Source: a virus (taxonomy: Duplodnaviria; Caudoviricetes). From it: a stretch of DNA of 64,000 nt. The translations under genes were made by a program, and so were the position numbers. The stretch is from the IMG/VR virus record IMGVR_UViG_3300032373_000001. One strand, 5' to 3'. Positions within the stretch are counted from its first letter, which is position 1, and every line of letters begins with the position of its first letter. The notes below the pieces were generated by a model, which saw nothing but the letters and a program-made list of their open reading frames with translations, searched no databases and was not told the origin of the DNA. Positions 17,796-27,376 of this stretch are shown here, piece after piece.

Positions 17796-19445
17796 ATGAA
17801 GCTCCAGCTCACCGAAGCTCAGGCATGCGCGTTCGCCGACGACTCAGGCGTGCCCGCCCTCCTCCCGGCTGACCTCACGAAGGCTTTCACACAGCGCTGC
17901 GCAGTCCGCGTTCTGGCAGCTTTCTGTGCGGGCGGGCACGACACCATCACCCGCCGCGACATCATGGGAACCCTGGTTGCCGCCGGATTCCCCGCCAAGC
18001 AGAACCCCAACGGCAAGGTGGTCCGAGGCAAGCTGGGCATCCCCGGCGTCCCCTTCGGCGGCTCCGACTGGGTCGGCGACGTGATGAAGAAGCACTGCTC
18101 GCCCAGCGACCGCCGCAGCTACTGGGACATCACCGGAAAGGTGGAGGTTCCCTCCGAGCCCGAACCTCAGGCAGCCATGGAAGAGGCGTCGGCGGATGAG
18201 GTGATGGCAGCCTTTGCCCTCCTCGACCAGCCCAGCCCGGCCTACCGGGAGCCGCCGACCGCCCAGGAGCAGGACGCCTTCGAGCAGCTGTTCGACCAGG
18301 GCACCCCGCTGCCGTCCGCCGCTGGGGCCAGCGTGCCCTCCCTGACCGGCGACATCGCCTCCCCGACCACCACCCAGGACTACCTGAACCTGCTGGTGGC
18401 GGAGGAGTCCCTCGCTGCGATGGCCGCCATGCCCATCATCACCCCGGCAGCGCGGGCCATCCTGACCTCGACCCTCAAGCAGGTCCGGACGGCACTGCCC
18501 TCCGAAGACCTCGTCAGCGAGTGGGTCACCGACATGCCGCTGGCGGAACTCAAGCGGCGGGTCGCCAAGGGCGAGACGCTCACCTCAATCTGGTTCGAGA
18601 TGGAGATCCGCTACGGAGCGCTCCAGCAGAAGGCAGTCACCCTGATGCGGAAGACCTTCACCATCGAGAACGAGGAAGACCTCGAAGGGGACTTCCGGCT
18701 GGCTCTGGCGAAGTGGTCGGTCTGCGAGCCCCGCAAGAACCTCAGCCCCGGCGGCACCCCCCAGGACCAGTGGAAGGCGGGAGGTTACTGCGACAAGTTC
18801 ATCCTGCAGGGCCAGCCCCCCACCCTCAACAAGCTGATCTACTGGCTGAAGCACAAGGTCACCAGCCGCCTCCAGCGGGAGGGGCAGATCCCGGAACTGC
18901 GGCAGGCCAAGGGCGTCCGCACCCAGCTGGAGCTGACCGAGATCAACGTGAGCGGGGACGCTGGGTTCATGCACCCCGACGCACTGCTCGGCGACCCCAA
19001 CTCCCCCCGAGCGGTCTGGGTCGGTGACATCGAAGACGGCACCCGCCGTCAGGAGTTCGTCGCCCCGGAGAACACCCGCAGCAGCGACTCCCCCCTGGAA
19101 GAGGGGGAGGTCGATGCCCTCATCATCGCCATGAAGATGGCCGGGGTCGAGTGCGCTGAGGCGGTAGTCACCGGCATCCAAGAAGGCAACACCACCGCCG
19201 ATACCCAGGTGGCGCTCCAGGCCGTGGCGGTGCTGGTGGCCAACTCCACCGCCGTCCTGCGGCTGGTGGTCGAAGAGCCCTACAGCACCACCGAAGACCT
19301 CTCCGGAGAGGTCGAGATGGCCCCCGACCAGCTGGCCCTGGCCCTGGACTTCCTCCGGGTCAAGGGCTACCTTGAGGCGCAGGGGGCCTGCTACATCGCC
19401 AGCGATGCGGGTCGGGCAGCGGATCAGATCCAGCTGGTCGCCTGA
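17796..19445 (+). CDS. putative sigma-like/HTH transcription protein
   Basis: 549 aa. EEDLEGDFRLALAKW and KLIYWLKHKVTSRLQR weakly resemble sigma regions 2.2/2.4; C-terminal wHTH-like; N-domain shared with 52171..53139. CDS certain, function weak. Confidence 0.45.
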   Translation: MKLQLTEAQACAFADDSGVPALLPADLTKAFTQRCAVRVLAAFCAGGHDTITRRDIMGTLVAAGFPAKQNPNGKVVRGKLGIPGVPFGGSDWVGDVMKKHCSPSDRRSYWDITGKVEVPSEPEPQAAMEEASADEVMAAFALLDQPSPAYREPPTAQEQDAFEQLFDQGTPLPSAAGASVPSLTGDIASPTTTQDYLNLLVAEESLAAMAAMPIITPAARAILTSTLKQVRTALPSEDLVSEWVTDMPLAELKRRVAKGETLTSIWFEMEIRYGALQQKAVTLMRKTFTIENEEDLEGDFRLALAKWSVCEPRKNLSPGGTPQDQWKAGGYCDKFILQGQPPTLNKLIYWLKHKVTSRLQREGQIPELRQAKGVRTQLELTEINVSGDAGFMHPDALLGDPNSPRAVWVGDIEDGTRRQEFVAPENTRSSDSPLEEGEVDALIIAMKMAGVECAEAVVTGIQEGNTTADTQVALQAVAVLVANSTAVLRLVVEEPYSTTEDLSGEVEMAPDQLALALDFLRVKGYLEAQGACYIASDAGRAADQIQLVA

Positions 19446-19485
19446 CCCCTTGTAGGGTGGCAACCCACCCCCCGACTTCGAACCG

Positions 19486-19518
19486 AATCCCCCAGCCGTC
19501 ACGGCTGGGGGATTTTTT
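19486..19518 (+). terminator. Rho-independent terminator
   Basis: AATCCCCCAGCCGT/ACGGCTGGGGGATT hairpin followed by a T run. Confidence 0.85.
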
Positions 19519-19787
19519 GATTCTGCGTTCGACCCCCACCCTGCAAGGGGTTCCCTCTGTAATGCCCCCAGGAAACGCCTCCTTGGCGTTTCCCTTCCGG
19601 GGCCCATCGGGTATAGGGTGGACGGGCCTCTCTATTTCCCGAAGGGAAGGGAGAGTGTCCTCGGGCCTCCAGCGGGGTTGACGGTTGCTCCAAACCATCT
19701 TCGCTCAGTCTGTAGGGTGCCGAGGCAGGGGAAACCCTGGTGGCAAGGAACTCCACCGCCCACCCTCAATGAGAGTGATCGGCCTCA

Positions 19788-20543
19788 TTGAGCAAAACGG
19801 GAACTAACCAAGGCTCCACCCAAGTGAACCCCGCAGAACAACTCACTCCCCACTACTCCCGACGCCGCGCAGCGGCGAGCGGACGAGTGGGAGTGCTGCC
19901 AGGCTCATGGGTGTCGGGGCTGTCTTGTCAAGGGTGCCCTCCGACCCTCCCTACGCCGTCAGGCGTAGGGAACCAGCTCAAGGTGTTGAGCCGGTCGGAG
20001 ATAAACAGGCCCCCGGCAGGACGTCTTGTCTTCCTGACCGCCGAATCCCAGGAGTCCCCTGCTCTTGCCCCCCTGGCCGAAGGCCAAGCGGCAGTGAGCA
20101 GGTGGATGGATGCCGGAGCCCTCGGAAGAGGGGAATACATTCTTGTTGATTCTGATTCCAACCCTTCAGGGGAAGGAATTGGGTATCAAGAAGAATTGGT
20201 TCAAGGTTTATGCATGGAAGATACCGACTCTAACAACAAGAACCAGATCCTTACTAAGAAGCCTACATCCAAGAACCCTACAACCAATACCAAGAAGCTG
20301 AGTGAGCATAAGCATCTGAGCCCTAAGCAGAACAACAAGAACCCTAAGAAGACAACCAACAAGAAGCTGAACAAGAGTCTGAGTCGTGAGATACTTGCAG
20401 CGATTGAAGTCAGTCGAGAGAGAACTGCTCTGAGTCCGAGAACTGCTCTGAGTCCTGAGAGTGAGAAGAATCTGAGAAGAGATTCTGTCTGTGTCTGGAA
20501 GAAGAGTTCCAGCTACCTGAGTCTTGGAGGGCTTCCAAGATGA
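19788..20543 (+). CDS. doubtful ORF across the A-rich repeat region (K/N/T/S-rich C-half)
   Basis: TTG start, atypical composition, but ATGA overlap with the next gene. Confidence 0.35.
   Translation: MSKTGTNQGSTQVNPAEQLTPHYSRRRAAASGRVGVLPGSWVSGLSCQGCPPTLPTPSGVGNQLKVLSRSEINRPPAGRLVFLTAESQESPALAPLAEGQAAVSRWMDAGALGRGEYILVDSDSNPSGEGIGYQEELVQGLCMEDTDSNNKNQILTKKPTSKNPTTNTKKLSEHKHLSPKQNNKNPKKTTNKKLNKSLSREILAAIEVSRERTALSPRTALSPESEKNLRRDSVCVWKKSSSYLSLGGLPR
20420..20455 (+). repeat. 18-bp tandem direct repeat x2
   Basis: GAGAACTGCTCTGAGTCC at 20420-20437 and 20438-20455. Confidence 0.9.
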
Positions 20544-21079
20544 ACAAGAAGAGATCGAACAACCTTGCCCCCTATCGGACTGCCTTGGAGCTTAGTCGGG
20601 ACTGTAGCGTCCCCTTGATGCTCCTGGTTGAAGGCTATGCAGAGGTTCTGTTCCCCGAAGGGGACAAGAGGTCTGCACCGAGCAAGTGGGTGAAGATCCA
20701 ACAAGTGGGAACCAAGACCGGGGAGCCAGGCTCCTACCAAGCTGTGCCAATCTACATTCTGGCTGAGCAATGGAATCGAGTCTTCGTGCCCTTGTTGAAT
20801 GAGAATGGGTCTCGTCCAGCTACTTGGAGAGGGATCCTACCTGGACTGAACAATAGGGATGTCCAGCTATTGGACTCCATTGTAGGTCCAGGAGGGTCGG
20901 TGCCTTCTGGCTTCGCCGAAGGCGACCTGATCGGGCAGAGTGCTCTGCCGACAGAGAGTCTGGGTCTGCTATACGGCTGTGACCAGTCGATCTTGGATCG
21001 AACTACGGGCAAGACAGTGGACTACTTGAGCCAAGTCACTGCCTTGATCTACAACCAAGCAACCAGCCAGGGCTATTAG
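20540..21079 (+). CDS. hypothetical protein (lower-GC codon usage)
   Basis: 179 aa, GGAGG RBS. Confidence 0.6.
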   Translation: MNKKRSNNLAPYRTALELSRDCSVPLMLLVEGYAEVLFPEGDKRSAPSKWVKIQQVGTKTGEPGSYQAVPIYILAEQWNRVFVPLLNENGSRPATWRGILPGLNNRDVQLLDSIVGPGGSVPSGFAEGDLIGQSALPTESLGLLYGCDQSILDRTTGKTVDYLSQVTALIYNQATSQGY

Positions 21080-21191
21080 GTCTCCCAGCAAGGGGGTCCC
21101 CCCAACTACCGAGCTTGATGTGTGCCCTGCCCACGAAGTGGGCAAAAGCAAGTCACCTTCGGGGGTAGGGCATTCCAAGGAGGAGAGACCC

Positions 21192-21416
21192 ATGAGCCAA
21201 GACGACAACCAAAAGCCACGCAAGCGGCCACCCCCTCCCAGGAGGAAAGTCGAACGGCAGAAGGTGTGGATGCGCTGCCGCGCAAAACACGGGTGCGATG
21301 GTAACTACGCTTGGAAGGGGTTGGAGTTCCGTCTCAATGAAGGCGGCAAGGCTCTCCGCTATCAGTGCGACCTCTGCAAGGGAAGCTGGCACGTGACGAT
21401 TGGCGGGGCCTTCTGA
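21192..21416 (+). CDS. small Zn-ribbon protein
   Basis: GGAGGAG RBS; CRAKHGC...YQCDLCKGSW. Confidence 0.7.
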   Translation: MSQDDNQKPRKRPPPPRRKVERQKVWMRCRAKHGCDGNYAWKGLEFRLNEGGKALRYQCDLCKGSWHVTIGGAF

Positions 21417-21473
21417 GCCCCTGCCCGCTACCAGGTAAGTTTGGGTCGTTCTACGACCTGGAGTCCTTGATAG

Positions 21474-22118
21474 ATGAGCCTGCTTTTCCATGGCCCCCTG
21501 GCGCGAGACGCAGCAGTGGCCGAAGGCCAGAAGCTGGGTCGGCCGCAAGACCCGCTTGGCGACAAAGGACTCAAGATCGCTGACAGTCGGGCCATCGCCA
21601 AGATGGCCCTCCTGCCGGGAATCGGAGACCACCCCCCTTCCTTGGTGGTGGGTCCGCTGGACTCGGCAACGCCCGAAGCGGCCGATGCCCTCCTCAAGAC
21701 GATCGAGGAAATCTCCAACAAGCCCCTCCAGCTCATCTTTTGGGCCAATGACATCCGAGGGGTCATCAAGACGATCCGGTCTCGATGCTTCACCCGATGG
21801 TGCCCCGCGCCCCTCAGTGGGCGCGGCTACCAAGACCCCCTGGCCCACCTAAAGGGACACGCCAACTCTTTGATGAGGGCTGCCCTGGAAGGCGACGTAG
21901 GTCGCCTTCTGTCCTCCTTGGAGGAGGCTGGGGCGGCTACCCCCTCGGTGGTGTTTAAGGGGGTGGAGGACCTTGCTGGGAGCTTAGATGGGGCCTCTGC
22001 CCTGCGGGCAGTGAAGCTCTGGGAGCGGATCCGTAAGTCTCGCGTCTTGCATCCCCGTGCCAACCTGGGGCCGGTCAGCTATGCGGCTGTCCTCCTGCCT
22101 TTTGAGGAGGACGCATGA
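21474..22118 (+). CDS. clamp-loader delta'-like subunit (HolB-like, shortened)
   Basis: LDSATPEAADALLKTIEE and TIRSRC (SRC motif); no Walker A. Confidence 0.8.
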   Translation: MSLLFHGPLARDAAVAEGQKLGRPQDPLGDKGLKIADSRAIAKMALLPGIGDHPPSLVVGPLDSATPEAADALLKTIEEISNKPLQLIFWANDIRGVIKTIRSRCFTRWCPAPLSGRGYQDPLAHLKGHANSLMRAALEGDVGRLLSSLEEAGAATPSVVFKGVEDLAGSLDGASALRAVKLWERIRKSRVLHPRANLGPVSYAAVLLPFEEDA

Positions 22119-23146
22119 TCAGCTGGCGCAACCCGCCTCCGGTGTTCGTGGTCGGAGGGAACCTCCACTTCTTGATCGCCAGGTTTCGAGAGCAGTCCAG
22201 CATCGCAGCGAAGGCTGCGGGCTTCCAGATTCAGCGGGCGTCTTCCCAGGAGGAGGTGTTCGACGCTCTGGACTTCGCAGCCAGTTTTGGGGAAAAGACC
22301 TTGGTCTACCTGCCCCTGAAGGAGATAGACGTCGAGCTGCTCCAGCACGTCCAAGAAGAGGCCGGAGGTAGCTTCTGCCTGATCTGCCACACGGATCAGC
22401 CCCTCACTTCTTCCAAGATCAAGAAGGGCCAGAAAGCGGTCTTGGAGGAGCTGCATGCGAGCCTCCAGGTCTCCTTCGTGAACCCCACGTCCAAGAAGGA
22501 CCTCGAAGCCTTCGCTACGCGGTTCCTGAAGGTAGAGGTCGAACAGCTCATGGGCTGGACCCCCGAGAAGAAGAGGGCGGAGGGCGAAGTCATCCCTAAG
22601 CGACTCCTCGCTGCTGCCGTCAAGGCCGTGGGGACCGACGTAGGGCGGCTGAGCTTCGAGGCCCGCAAGTTCTGTGCCCTGGCCCGCAGTCAGGGGGCTT
22701 CGAAGATCGTCCCTGCTCACATCACTGCGGTTGCAAGAGGCTCCGGGGAGATCAACCTGGACCCCTTGCGCACAGCCCTCCGCACCAAGGATGTCAAGAA
22801 GTGCGCTGCTGCGCTCTACAAGATCCGCATCCAGGCCGGCAAGCAACCTCCCACGCTCCTCCTACTGCGAGGCAAGGGCTCTCCTCCAGACCTCAGCATG
22901 AGGTGGCTGCGTGCTGCTGCTTTGGGCAAGAACACTGCCCCGACGGAGCTGGCCTCAAGGTTAGGGATTCCTCGGTGGATCCTGGATCGAGACATCTTGC
23001 CCGCGTTGAGGAAGTGGTCGGCCGAAGACCTGAAAAAATTAATTCGGAACCTTAGCCGGGCCGATTCCGGGGTAGGGCGAGGAGACCCATCCCCATGGGT
23101 GATGCTCGAAGCAGCATTGCTGATCGGCTGCTCCGGTAGCGCCTAA
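22115..23146 (+). CDS. clamp-loader delta-like subunit (HolA-like)
   Basis: PPVFVVGGNLHFL start, VGTDVGRLSFEARKF, C-terminal helical collar; ATGA-coupled to delta'. Confidence 0.65.
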   Translation: MISWRNPPPVFVVGGNLHFLIARFREQSSIAAKAAGFQIQRASSQEEVFDALDFAASFGEKTLVYLPLKEIDVELLQHVQEEAGGSFCLICHTDQPLTSSKIKKGQKAVLEELHASLQVSFVNPTSKKDLEAFATRFLKVEVEQLMGWTPEKKRAEGEVIPKRLLAAAVKAVGTDVGRLSFEARKFCALARSQGASKIVPAHITAVARGSGEINLDPLRTALRTKDVKKCAAALYKIRIQAGKQPPTLLLLRGKGSPPDLSMRWLRAAALGKNTAPTELASRLGIPRWILDRDILPALRKWSAEDLKKLIRNLSRADSGVGRGDPSPWVMLEAALLIGCSGSA

Positions 23147-23233
23147 ATACCCCACCCCTACTTGCCGCCTGGGATCAACGACAGTGAAGATCGCCCCCGG
23201 CAAGAAACACCACACGCCCCAACGGAGACCTGG

Positions 23234-25504
23234 ATGAGCCTCTCCCCTTCGCAGCTTACGGTCCTTCCCGCCCCGCTGCAGACCCTGGAAGGACCGGAGC
23301 GGAAGCGCTCGGTGTTCCCCAACGCCCTGAGCCAGTTCGTCTACACCCGCACCTACCCTCGCTGGAAGGAAGATGAGGGACGCCGCGAACGCTACGAAGA
23401 GTCGGTCTCCCGCTACGTGGGCTTCCTCCGCGAGGAGCGTGAGGTCCCCGAGGATGTCTTGAACGACATCAAGATTGGCATGCTGGACATGGGCGTGCTC
23501 CCCAGCATGCGGGCCTTCTGGTCAGCAGGCGAGGGTGCACGCCGCGACAACACGATGTTCTACAACTGCAGCTTCATCCCGCTGGACTCGCTCCCGAGCT
23601 TCAGTGAGCTGCTGTACATCCTGATGATGGGCACCGGCGTCGGCTACTCGGTTGAGTCCCGCTTCGTGAACAACCTCCCAGTCGTCGCTTACCAGAACGG
23701 CAAGGTGGTCCGGTACCAGATCCCCGACAGCACCGAGGGGTGGCAGGATTCCCTCCTCGACTGCCTGAAGTATCTGTTCCAGGGGTTCGATGTTGATTTC
23801 GATTACTCCCTCATCAGGCTGGCGGGTGCTCGGTGCAAGACCAAGGGCGGGCGGGCCAGCGGGCCGGATCCGCTCCGCAACCTGCTCGACTTCGTCCGGA
23901 AGACTCTCAAGGGTGCTCAGGGCCGCAAGCTGACCGACGAAGAGGTCAGCGACATCGCATGCATGATCGGGGAGATCGTGATGGCAGGGGGCGTCCGTAG
24001 GTCGGCCCTCATCTGCTTCTGCGACCCTGAGTCGGACCTGATGCGTCACTACAAGAAGTTCCCCACCTGCAAGGAGTGCGGGTTCAGCTGGGCCACCCAT
24101 CTCAGCCGCCATGCCGACACCGGCGAGGCGGACCATGCCGAGAGCCACCTCAGGAAGGAGCACGGCATGACCGAGGCAGAGTACCTCGCCAAGCACGGCA
24201 AGGACTCCTACCTCGGATTCCCGGCCCTCCGGTTCATGGCCAACATCTCCAGCTTCTGGAGCGGCAAGCCCTCCGAAGAGGAGTTCTGGGTCGAGTGGAC
24301 CGCACTCCGCAACTCTGGTTCGGGCGAGCGCGGTTTCTACACGGTGCCTCCCAAGAAGCGGGCAGAGCGCCGAGGCGAGCTTCGCTCCAACCCCTGCGGC
24401 GAAATTCTGCTGCGCTTCGCAGAGAGCACCGACCCCTGGACCGGTGAGGGCGGCGGCGGGCAATTCTGCAATTTGAGCGCTGCTGTCATGCGCTCCCACG
24501 ACACCCGCGCGACCTTTGCCCGGAAGATCCGTACTGCCACCTGGATCGGCGTCATCCAGTCCACGTTCACTTACTTCCCGCGCCTGCGACCGGCCTGGAA
24601 GCAGCACTGCGATGAGGACCGCTTGATCGGGGTGGACATCACGGGCCACTGCGATAACCCTGCCCTGAGCAACGACCCCGAGGCGATGCTCTACTTCAAC
24701 CAGGTCGCCCGCGAGACTGCTGCCGAAGCCGCTGCCCACTTCGGCATCCCGGTCCCGGCAAGCATCACCTGCGGCAAGCCCAGCGGCAACTCCTCGCAAC
24801 TGGTCGACTGCGCCAGTGGCTTTCATACCCGCTATGCCCCCTTCTACCTTCGGCGCGTCCGCGTTGCGTCCACCGACCCGCTCTTGCAACTGATCCGCGA
24901 TGAGGGTGTCCCGGTCCACAAGGACAACAAGTACCAGAACACCCCCGACGCTGAGTGCCCCACCTGGGTAGCCGAGTTCCCGGTCAAGTCCCCGGAGGGT
25001 GCGATCACCCGCAGCGATGAGACGGCGCTGGGTCAGCTCAATCGCTATCTCCACATCATGCGCACCTACATCGGCGACCGGGGCCACAACCAGTCGGCCA
25101 CGGTGTACGTCCGCGATGAAGAGTGGGATGCCGTCGGTGAGTGGTTGTACTACCACTGGGAAGAGGTCACCGGCCTGAGTTTCCTGCCCTACTCCGGTGG
25201 CAAGTACCGGCTGGCACCCTACGAAGAAATCACCGAGGACGAGTACAACCGCCTGATGGAGACCTTCCCCTCCATCGACTGGGACGCGCTCCAGTACTAC
25301 GAGACCGAGGACATGGGCACGGGCGCGAAGGAGCTGGCCTGCGTTGGCGGGGCATGCGAGATCGACTTCAGCAAGGATGAGATGGAGCAGTTCGGCAAGG
25401 AAGAGGAGGCAGAGAAGAAGCCTTCCTTCGACAGCATCCCCTTCTGCGCCAGCCAAGGCAGCTGCACCTTCGACTGCAACCAGTGCCTGGGCCGCGACGA
25501 CTGA
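23234..25504 (+). CDS. nrdJ: class II (adenosylcobalamin-dependent) ribonucleotide reductase
   Basis: FVYTRTY, YNCSF, GGVRRSALI, SNPCGEI, CNLS, KPSGNSSQL, C-terminal ELACVGGACEI. Confidence 0.92.
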   Translation: MSLSPSQLTVLPAPLQTLEGPERKRSVFPNALSQFVYTRTYPRWKEDEGRRERYEESVSRYVGFLREEREVPEDVLNDIKIGMLDMGVLPSMRAFWSAGEGARRDNTMFYNCSFIPLDSLPSFSELLYILMMGTGVGYSVESRFVNNLPVVAYQNGKVVRYQIPDSTEGWQDSLLDCLKYLFQGFDVDFDYSLIRLAGARCKTKGGRASGPDPLRNLLDFVRKTLKGAQGRKLTDEEVSDIACMIGEIVMAGGVRRSALICFCDPESDLMRHYKKFPTCKECGFSWATHLSRHADTGEADHAESHLRKEHGMTEAEYLAKHGKDSYLGFPALRFMANISSFWSGKPSEEEFWVEWTALRNSGSGERGFYTVPPKKRAERRGELRSNPCGEILLRFAESTDPWTGEGGGGQFCNLSAAVMRSHDTRATFARKIRTATWIGVIQSTFTYFPRLRPAWKQHCDEDRLIGVDITGHCDNPALSNDPEAMLYFNQVARETAAEAAAHFGIPVPASITCGKPSGNSSQLVDCASGFHTRYAPFYLRRVRVASTDPLLQLIRDEGVPVHKDNKYQNTPDAECPTWVAEFPVKSPEGAITRSDETALGQLNRYLHIMRTYIGDRGHNQSATVYVRDEEWDAVGEWLYYHWEEVTGLSFLPYSGGKYRLAPYEEITEDEYNRLMETFPSIDWDALQYYETEDMGTGAKELACVGGACEIDFSKDEMEQFGKEEEAEKKPSFDSIPFCASQGSCTFDCNQCLGRDD

Positions 25505-25523
25505 CGGGGTCCTTTTCGTGGTC

Positions 25524-25551
25524 AAAGAGGGGGCCATAGGCCCCCTCTTTT
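25524..25551. terminator. bidirectional-looking terminator
   Basis: AAAGAGGGGGCC-ATA-GGCCCCCTCTTTT. Confidence 0.8.
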
Positions 25552-25687
25552 AATTCTACCTTCCCCGCTTCGGGGGTATGGTTCAGTTGAGGACCGTACC
25601 GCCCTCTGAATAGGAGAGCGAGGCCCGCTGAAGCTCATTCAGCTGCACCTTCCACCAGGAAGCGACCCCCGGCCCTCAAGTCGCGAG

Positions 25688-27361
25688 ATGTACGAACATA
25701 GCACAGGAAGGTGCAGCGTGAGTAAGAGCGTGAAGATGGTCGCCGTGATCGGCGACGAAGAGGTCGTGGTCGGTCGGTGCCACCCAGGCCAAGCGAGGAT
25801 CCTCCGTCAGGCGGGCATGGCCGACTGGAAGAAGAACCGACTGCTCTTGAAGAGCGCCCCTGGTGCGGATGCGGTACAGGACATCGAGAAGATCCTGGGC
25901 CTGGATTCCAACCTTGAGCGGCAGAAGATGCTCAAGGACCAGGCCCTCAAGAAGGTTCTCGGGGAGAACCTGGACGAGTCCTGGACTCCCGACCGCTGGA
26001 GGCAAGCGGGTCCGTTCGGAAAGGCCGATGACCTCAGCAGCAAGTGGACGGAGTCCCTGAAGGACATCCTCGGGAATGCGGACGCAGAGGAGGTCATCGA
26101 CGTCTTCTCGGGGGCAGCGCGGCGCCAGCTTGGTCCCACTCATCGCTGTGACACTCTCCTCGCGTGGGGGATGCGCTGCCTGGAGCTCCGTGCGGCAGGT
26201 CACGACCTGTATGCCTACGATGACCCGAGGAGGCTGGCCCTGGGCTTCGTGGACGCCAGCGATGGGAACACCTGCTACGAGTTCTCGGTCCGTCGCCTGA
26301 GATCGACCCCCGACAGCGTCTTTGAGACGCTGGGGACCACCCGGAAGCAGCTTGCCTCCATAGAGGGGCGCTTGGAGTTCATCCGGGGAGGCAAGGTTCC
26401 TGAGTTCGAAGAACCTACGGACGAAGAGTGTGAGCAGCTCCAGGATATCTTCCACAGAGGGGTTGGGCACCGACTCCGCAAGTTCCAAGATAAGGAGTAT
26501 CTGGACGAGATCATGCCCTCCACCGCCGAGACGGTCCGTGCTGCGTTGGGGCTCAAGTCGCGGGCGGATCAGCTCATCGCGTGGACTCACGTCGTCCAAG
26601 AGCAGCTGGGGAAGAGGACGGTCTCCCAAGAGGTGTTCCTCCAAGATTTCTTCCAGGAGTGCCGCCGGTCAGGCCACACTACGGAGATGCTCCTTGAGGC
26701 AGTGGCGTTTGCCCTTCAGGGTCGTCCGGTCTTGATCCGTGCCCACGCCTACACGCAGAGTGTTGCTGTAGTCCGGAGGGGCCTGGAAATGATCCGGCAG
26801 GTCAACCCGGCATGGGAAGGCTTCTTCGAAGAGTGGCGTCCTGAGAAGGCAGGGATGAAGCCTGGCGGAATGGCTCCTCGGGTCTTCTGGGACAAGCAAC
26901 ACACCGGCGCTTCCGGGGATCCTCTGAACAGCCATGCGGGTCTGCGCTTCCGCGCTACGCGCAGCAACCCCAGCGAGGCCATTCGCGATTTCCGTTCCTA
27001 CTTGGCGGGGCTGAGGGGTCCGAACTACACCTCGGTTCCCTCAAGCGGGAACCCGGACCTCACCCTCGAAGAGGTGCAAGAGGTCTTCGTGCAAGGTCCT
27101 AATGAGGACGACCACTACCTCCGAATGTGTCACGCACTGGTCCACCTGAGCCAAGGCGGAGTGGTCTGGTTCTTCTCTCTGGGGTCGCACCAGCTGCGAT
27201 TGCTCTATCCGCTGCGGAAACAGGCCATCCGCATGGGACTCCCGCTGGAGATCTACGGCGGAGAGTCGGCCCCCGACAAGGACCTGAGCAAGATCCGAGT
27301 CTGGAGGACAGAAGAGCCCGCGGAAGGCATCCTGTTCCTGGACCACCCCTTCGAGGAATGA
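25688..27361 (+). CDS. hypothetical protein
   Basis: 557-aa ORF with typical codon bias; no motif recognised. Confidence 0.75.
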   Translation: MYEHSTGRCSVSKSVKMVAVIGDEEVVVGRCHPGQARILRQAGMADWKKNRLLLKSAPGADAVQDIEKILGLDSNLERQKMLKDQALKKVLGENLDESWTPDRWRQAGPFGKADDLSSKWTESLKDILGNADAEEVIDVFSGAARRQLGPTHRCDTLLAWGMRCLELRAAGHDLYAYDDPRRLALGFVDASDGNTCYEFSVRRLRSTPDSVFETLGTTRKQLASIEGRLEFIRGGKVPEFEEPTDEECEQLQDIFHRGVGHRLRKFQDKEYLDEIMPSTAETVRAALGLKSRADQLIAWTHVVQEQLGKRTVSQEVFLQDFFQECRRSGHTTEMLLEAVAFALQGRPVLIRAHAYTQSVAVVRRGLEMIRQVNPAWEGFFEEWRPEKAGMKPGGMAPRVFWDKQHTGASGDPLNSHAGLRFRATRSNPSEAIRDFRSYLAGLRGPNYTSVPSSGNPDLTLEEVQEVFVQGPNEDDHYLRMCHALVHLSQGGVVWFFSLGSHQLRLLYPLRKQAIRMGLPLEIYGGESAPDKDLSKIRVWRTEEPAEGILFLDHPFEE

Positions 27362-27376
27362 CGGTAGAGCAGGCTC

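Noticed and set aside
24062-24205. RNR insertion as an intein
   Set aside because: About 50 aa, no C/S...HN-C/S/T splice junctions; it has a Zn-finger pattern.
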